From the NCBI GenBank assembly GCA_963706575.1, contig CAVPNL010000006.1, positions 192,001-256,000 on the forward strand: a stretch of DNA of 64,000 bases, in the 5' to 3' direction. This DNA is from an uncultured delta proteobacterium. GTDB taxonomy: Bacteria > Desulfobacterota > Desulfobacteria > Desulfobacterales > JAHEIW01. The notes beneath the pieces were generated by a model, which made no database searches, was not told where the DNA came from, and saw only the letters and a program-made list of their open reading frames with translations. This document shows, piece after piece, positions 59,819 to 64,000 of this stretch. A program made the position numbers and the translations under genes. How positions within the stretch are numbered: position 1 is the first letter of the stretch; the number at the start of each line of letters is the position of its first letter.

Positions 59819-61195
59819 TTTTAAAAATTCGCTGTTATTTCGCTTAACGATTCTGTATGCGGTGGCATTTACCGTCCTGTCAACCATCGGTTTTCTGATT
59901 TTTTATTACCGTATTTATGCCGTCACCATGGAGGGTCTGGATCTTGAGTTACTGGATAAAACTCGAAAGTACGCGGACCTGACGAAAGAAGTCGGTCTGG
60001 AAGGCGTCCTGCCTGAAATTGCGGATGAGACTGAATCTGAAGACCCGCAAGAAGACTTTTACCGTCTTTTCAATTTCAAAGGGGATATTCTTTTCACCAC
60101 CGATATGTCCTTCTGGGGGGTCATTGACAGGAAGGACATTCTGTTAAAAATGCAAAATGAAGGCTTGAGTTATGCATTCCAAACGCAGACCTTCGAGGAG
60201 CGCGATGATAAGGCCCGCATGATAACGGCAATTGTCGGCCCGGATACCGTGTTGCAGATCGGAGAGAGCCTTGAAGAAGTCGATGAATATTTGGATATTT
60301 TTCTCGAATTGGTTTCCATCCTGGTTATCAGTTTAATTATCGTGTCGACGATCATTGGATGGTTGCTGGCAAGGCGGGCTACAATTGACATGCAAGAAGT
60401 CGCTGAAACCGCAGAAGAAATAGCAAACGGTTCCTATGACAGGCGCGTGCAGGTCAAAGGCCGGTACAGGGAGATCGAACGGCTGAGCGCCGCGTTTAAC
60501 AGCATGCTGGACCGTATTCAGAGTTTGCTGAATTCCATGAAAGAAATTAACGATAATATCGCCCACGACCTCAGAAGTCCCCTGGCCAGAATTCGCGGCA
60601 TCGCCGAAATGAGTCTGCTCAAAGAAAAATCCATTGACGCATACAAAGACATGGCCGCCAGCACCATTGAAGAATGCGATACTCTGATTGGTATGATCAA
60701 TACCATGCTGGACATCACGGAAGCTGAAGCCGGTGTCAACGGCGTTGAGGCTGAAGAATTTGAACTGGTCACCCTTATCCGCGAGGCCTGTGAACTTTTT
60801 CGCCCAATAACTGAGGAGAAAAAAATAAATTTGAAAACCGATCTGCCCGAATCCCTGACGGTAATGGGCAACAAAAAAAAGATGCAACGGATCGTGACCA
60901 ATCTGCTGGAAAATGCCATAAAATACACCCCCGCAGACGGAACCATTGCTGTTTCCGCCGCAGCGCAAAACGGCGAGCTTCGAATCGAATTTGAAGACAC
61001 GGGGATGGGTATTTCAGAAAGCGACCTGCCCCACATCTTCGAGCGCTTTTATCGCTGTGATCGCAGCCGATCCCAGGGCGGCGTAGGCTGGGCCTCAGCC
61101 TGGTCAAAGCCTATACCGAATCCTTAAACGGCACGATTCAGGTCGAGAGCACCCTGAATCAGGGCAGCCGCTTTGCGCTCAGATTTGTTCGTTGA
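59796..61195 (+). CDS. CusS-like sensor histidine kinase (frameshift near 61089)
   Basis: Two TM helices, HAMP, IAHDLRSPL, NAIKY, FERFYR. GLGLSLVK continues in the shifted frame to TGA at 61195. Confidence 0.88.
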
Positions 61196-61551
61196 GCCTT
61201 CAATCCCGATGAAACCGCTCATGAGATTCCCCAGCTTCACTCATGCCGGTACAAATCTGATCCGGGTCATTGCGAGAAATCATAAGAGCATGAAACTGCT
61301 CTGGATTTCCGGGTCAGGCCAGAAATGCCAAACAAGACTAACACCTGCCATCATTTTCTCCCCAGTAATCGAACGGATCTCCATTTTCTTACGCCACATT
61401 ATCAAATGATAATTTCTGGAATAATCTTCCGGTAAAATTTGTTGTTTATACTCGGAAGCCAGAGTCGGAAGTCAATTTTCGATGGACTCCTGGAAATAAT
61501 TCCTTGAGTCTAAGACTCGACAACGGATTTCTGCAGCGCCGAGGTATTCTG

Positions 61552-62107
61552 ATGAATTCCAACCGGTTCATTAAACATCGTTCCTTCTGGATATTGTGCG
61601 GCATTCTCTATCTTATCAATCGGATTGACAGCTGTTCAAGGAGCTGAAATCAGCGATCTGGTGATGAACACCTCCCAGGGCTATCTGATGTTAAGCGTTA
61701 AAATCAGCGATGTGATCGCTGGTGATGTCAACGCCTCCGCGGCCGATGCATTATCCGCTACCATCATTTTTTCGATTGCCCTGTATGAGGTCAAACCCTT
61801 GTGGTTCGATAAAAAAATGGCGCACCACACCGCAACCAATACCATTATGCACGAGCCCGAAAAAAATGAATACCGCCTGCTGCGCTCCTGGGACAACGGG
61901 CCGCCGCCGGTGGTGGACTCTTTAAGTCAGGCACGGCTTTTGATGACTGAAGTCAACAACCTGAAATTGATGCCGCTGGCAGGTCTTGAAAAGGGCCGCA
62001 ATTACCAGATCCAGGTACAGGCTGTCTGCCAGGATAAAAACGCTTTTGTTTTCAGCCCGTCGGGCTGCTTCAAAACCGACTGGCACACCGTGGATTTTAC
62101 TTTTTAA
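61552..62107 (+). CDS. DUF4390-like exported protein (frameshift in the signal region)
   Basis: WFDK, C-terminal FKTDWHTVDFTF. Start ATG 61552 is out of frame with ORF 61625. Confidence 0.6.
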
Positions 62108-62218
62108 GCGATCGATTCGGCCGGCTAACGGTAGCCTGCCCGACCACTGAGAAGTCATCATTAACCCGGGCGCTTTTTGAATATGAAGCGTCCACAAACA
62201 TCACACATGGAGGAAATT

Positions 62219-63002
62219 ATGTTATCAACAAAGGTTAGAGAAAAATCAGGTGGAAAGTTGATATCCATGCGATTGTTGACCATCATTCTGTTAACAGCAG
62301 TCGCTGTATTCTTCACGATGGGCGAATCTGCGTTAGCAAAGGGATGGAAGAAAAAAGCTGAGGAACTCGACAACTGTCAACGTGTTCATCGAGTATAACT
62401 CGACAGATGAGGATAATGGCCTCCAATTCTTCTGGGATTCCGATGGTTTCACACGGATGATGGTCTTTAATGCAAGCGGGAAAAAGGTTCTGGACATCGA
62501 AACCAAAAAAAACGTAAGAGACCAGGGCCTTACCGAAGTGGCTATCGAGAGCGTCGAGCCGGATGAAAGCGATCAGACACAGGAAGAGTTCTTTGCTCGT
62601 TTTCCAGAAGGAACCTACAAATTTTGGGGCAGATCGATTGAAGGTAGCTGGCTGTACGGCGAGGCTGAATTTACCCACGAGCTTGCGAATCCGGTTGCCA
62701 TAAATCTTTCGGATTGGCCGACCATCATGTGGACGCCGAATGGAGGTGCAGATGTAGTCGGTTACGAGGTCGTCGTCGAGATGGTGGTCAAGGAGGTCGT
62801 TGAGGACGGCGAGGAACGCGTATTCAAGCAAACCACAACGCTCCCGGAATTCGTAGAACAATTAACGGTTTCAGATGAATTCGTCCGCTTGATTGGGTTC
62901 TATGAAGGAAGTGAAGATTGGCAAGTGGAGGAGTTGAAGGTTGAGATCTTAGCGGATGAGGAAAGCGGAAACAGGACGATCACCGAGGCAGACGTGGACT
63001 AG
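62219..63002 (+). CDS. Secreted acidic hypothetical protein (frameshift near 62375)
   Basis: GGAGG RBS, signal peptide ending ALA, then FIEYNSTDED...ESVEP...FFARFPEGTY. Confidence 0.7.
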
Positions 63003-63038
63003 GTAATTCGGGCCAAGCATTAATTGGATTTGATCAAC

Positions 63039-63088
63039 GGGCTCCATTCGCAACTTACTGTTCAGTATTTCTTGGGCGAATGGAGCCC
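63039..63088. terminator. Stem-loop downstream of the secreted protein
   Basis: GGGCTCCATTCGC / GCGAATGGAGCCC, 13-bp stem. Confidence 0.5.
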
Positions 63089-63218
63089 CTCTTACCATAT
63101 GCCGCTGAAAGCTCAGCGCGGAACCGTTTAAGAAAAACGGAGCGTGTAACCATTGAAATTATACAGAAGCAGAAAGCGGAATTTCAAATTTTAATTTAAT
63201 AGATTAATGTGTTCAAAA

Positions 63219-63396
63219 GTAGGACGGGCCTCTGTGCCCGCCTCAATTTTATCATTGCAGGGGTCGTTCCTACACCGTTTTAGGTACTTCCTGTCAAATA
63301 TAAAGGAACCAGACAAATTTTACTGTGGGAGCGGCATCTTGCCGCGATCAATCGTGCAATGCGCAAGGACGAATCGCGGCTGGAAGCCGCTCCCAC
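63219..63396. repeat. GTAG- and GTGG-type REP doublets
   Basis: GTAGGACGGGCCTCTGTGCCCG..CCTAC (63219..63273) and GTGGGAGCGGC...GCCGCTCCCAC (63325..63396). Confidence 0.7.
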
Positions 63397-63429
63397 AATC
63401 CAGTCCCACAATCTGCCGGCTTCCTTTAT

Positions 63430-64000
63430 TCAGATCCCCTTCAAATATTCCCGGATCATCAATGCGGCGCTGCCGCCTTCGCCGGCGGCGCTGACGACCT
63501 GCTTGGTGCTTTTGTCGCGCACATCACCGGCGGCAAAAATTCCGGGTATGCTGGTTTCCAGCAGCAGGGGGTCGCGCTTCTCAAAGCCGGCCTGGCCGCT
63601 TTTCCTCGTGCAAGAGGGCATGGCCGGTGACGACAAACCCCCATTCGTCGAGCAGAATGCCGCTGTCGGCCAGAAACCCGGTGTTGGGCACCAGGCCGAT
63701 AAAAATAAAAACCCCGTCCACCGGCATTTCCTGCTCTTCATCGGTCTGATTGTTGTGGACCCGCAGCCGGTTGAGCTTTGCATCTTTTCCCATAAATTCC
63801 TTGACTTCGGTGTGCCAGCGCACCTCAATTTGCGGATGGCTGAGGACCTTTTCCTGAATGATTTGCGTCGCCTTGAATTCGCCGCCGCGCACCAGAATCG
63901 TGACCTGTTCGGCGAATTTGGTCAGCAGCAGGCTTTCTTCGGTGGCGCTGTTGCCGCCGCCGACCACCGCCACCTGTTTGCCTTTGTAAAAGGGTCCGTC
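63430..64000 (-). CDS. trxB: Thioredoxin reductase, 3' part (frameshift near 63595)
   Basis: VVGGGNSATEE, DGVFIFIG, TSIPGIFAAGDVR...QVVSAAGEG. Confidence 0.9.

Noticed and set aside
23976..64000. Frameshifts in pstC, pstS, obgE, the sensor kinase, trxB and others read as pseudogenes or programmed frameshifting
   Set aside because: They are 1-2 nt indels scattered through conserved or essential genes with both halves intact and no shared slippery motif. Long-read assembly error is the simplest explanation.
1..64000. tRNA (including selC), rRNA, transposase, integrase or hgcAB genes
   Set aside because: None was recognisable by eye. A tRNAscan-SE/Rfam run would be needed to exclude small RNAs.

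Overview
This 64 kb window looks like a Desulfobacterales-type deltaproteobacterium, inferred from the reductive dsrT-dsrMKJOP operon and the gene content. Many single-base frameshifts in conserved genes (obgE, pstC, pstS, trxB and others) suggest an unpolished long-read assembly. Left to right it contains: a sigma54-controlled region (large repetitive secreted protein, HDOD protein, NtrC-type activator, PAS hybrid kinase); dsrTMKJOP; an AAA ATPase; a molybdopterin oxidoreductase/Fe-S pair with GntR and a TRAP transporter; a phosphate locus (truncated phoU, pstCASB, pit, phoBR); an ArsR regulator plus permease; fdhD; rplU-rpmA-obgE-nadD-rsfS; decayed genes; a redox/metal island; pirin-wrbA-marR; a porin with a CusRS-like two-component system; and partial trxB. 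The main discovery is hidden by the ORF track. At 49.0-53.9 kb (minus strand), five neighbouring genes read through eight in-frame TGA codons, seven at canonical Cys positions and one in a thioredoxin-like active-site loop, most followed by SECIS-like hairpins. They encode an ArsM-like methyltransferase (WAQ-U), a small thioredoxin-fold protein (NLPNGKP-U), a rhodanese(U-AGLA-U)-DsbD fusion, a CxxU thioredoxin-fold protein and a three-Sec HMA(GMT-U-MG-U)/Fe-S-domain protein. A sixth probable selenoprotein (permease, PL-U-SC) lies at 35.1 kb. Several MITE/REP families are also present, including one whose core is inverted between two copies.
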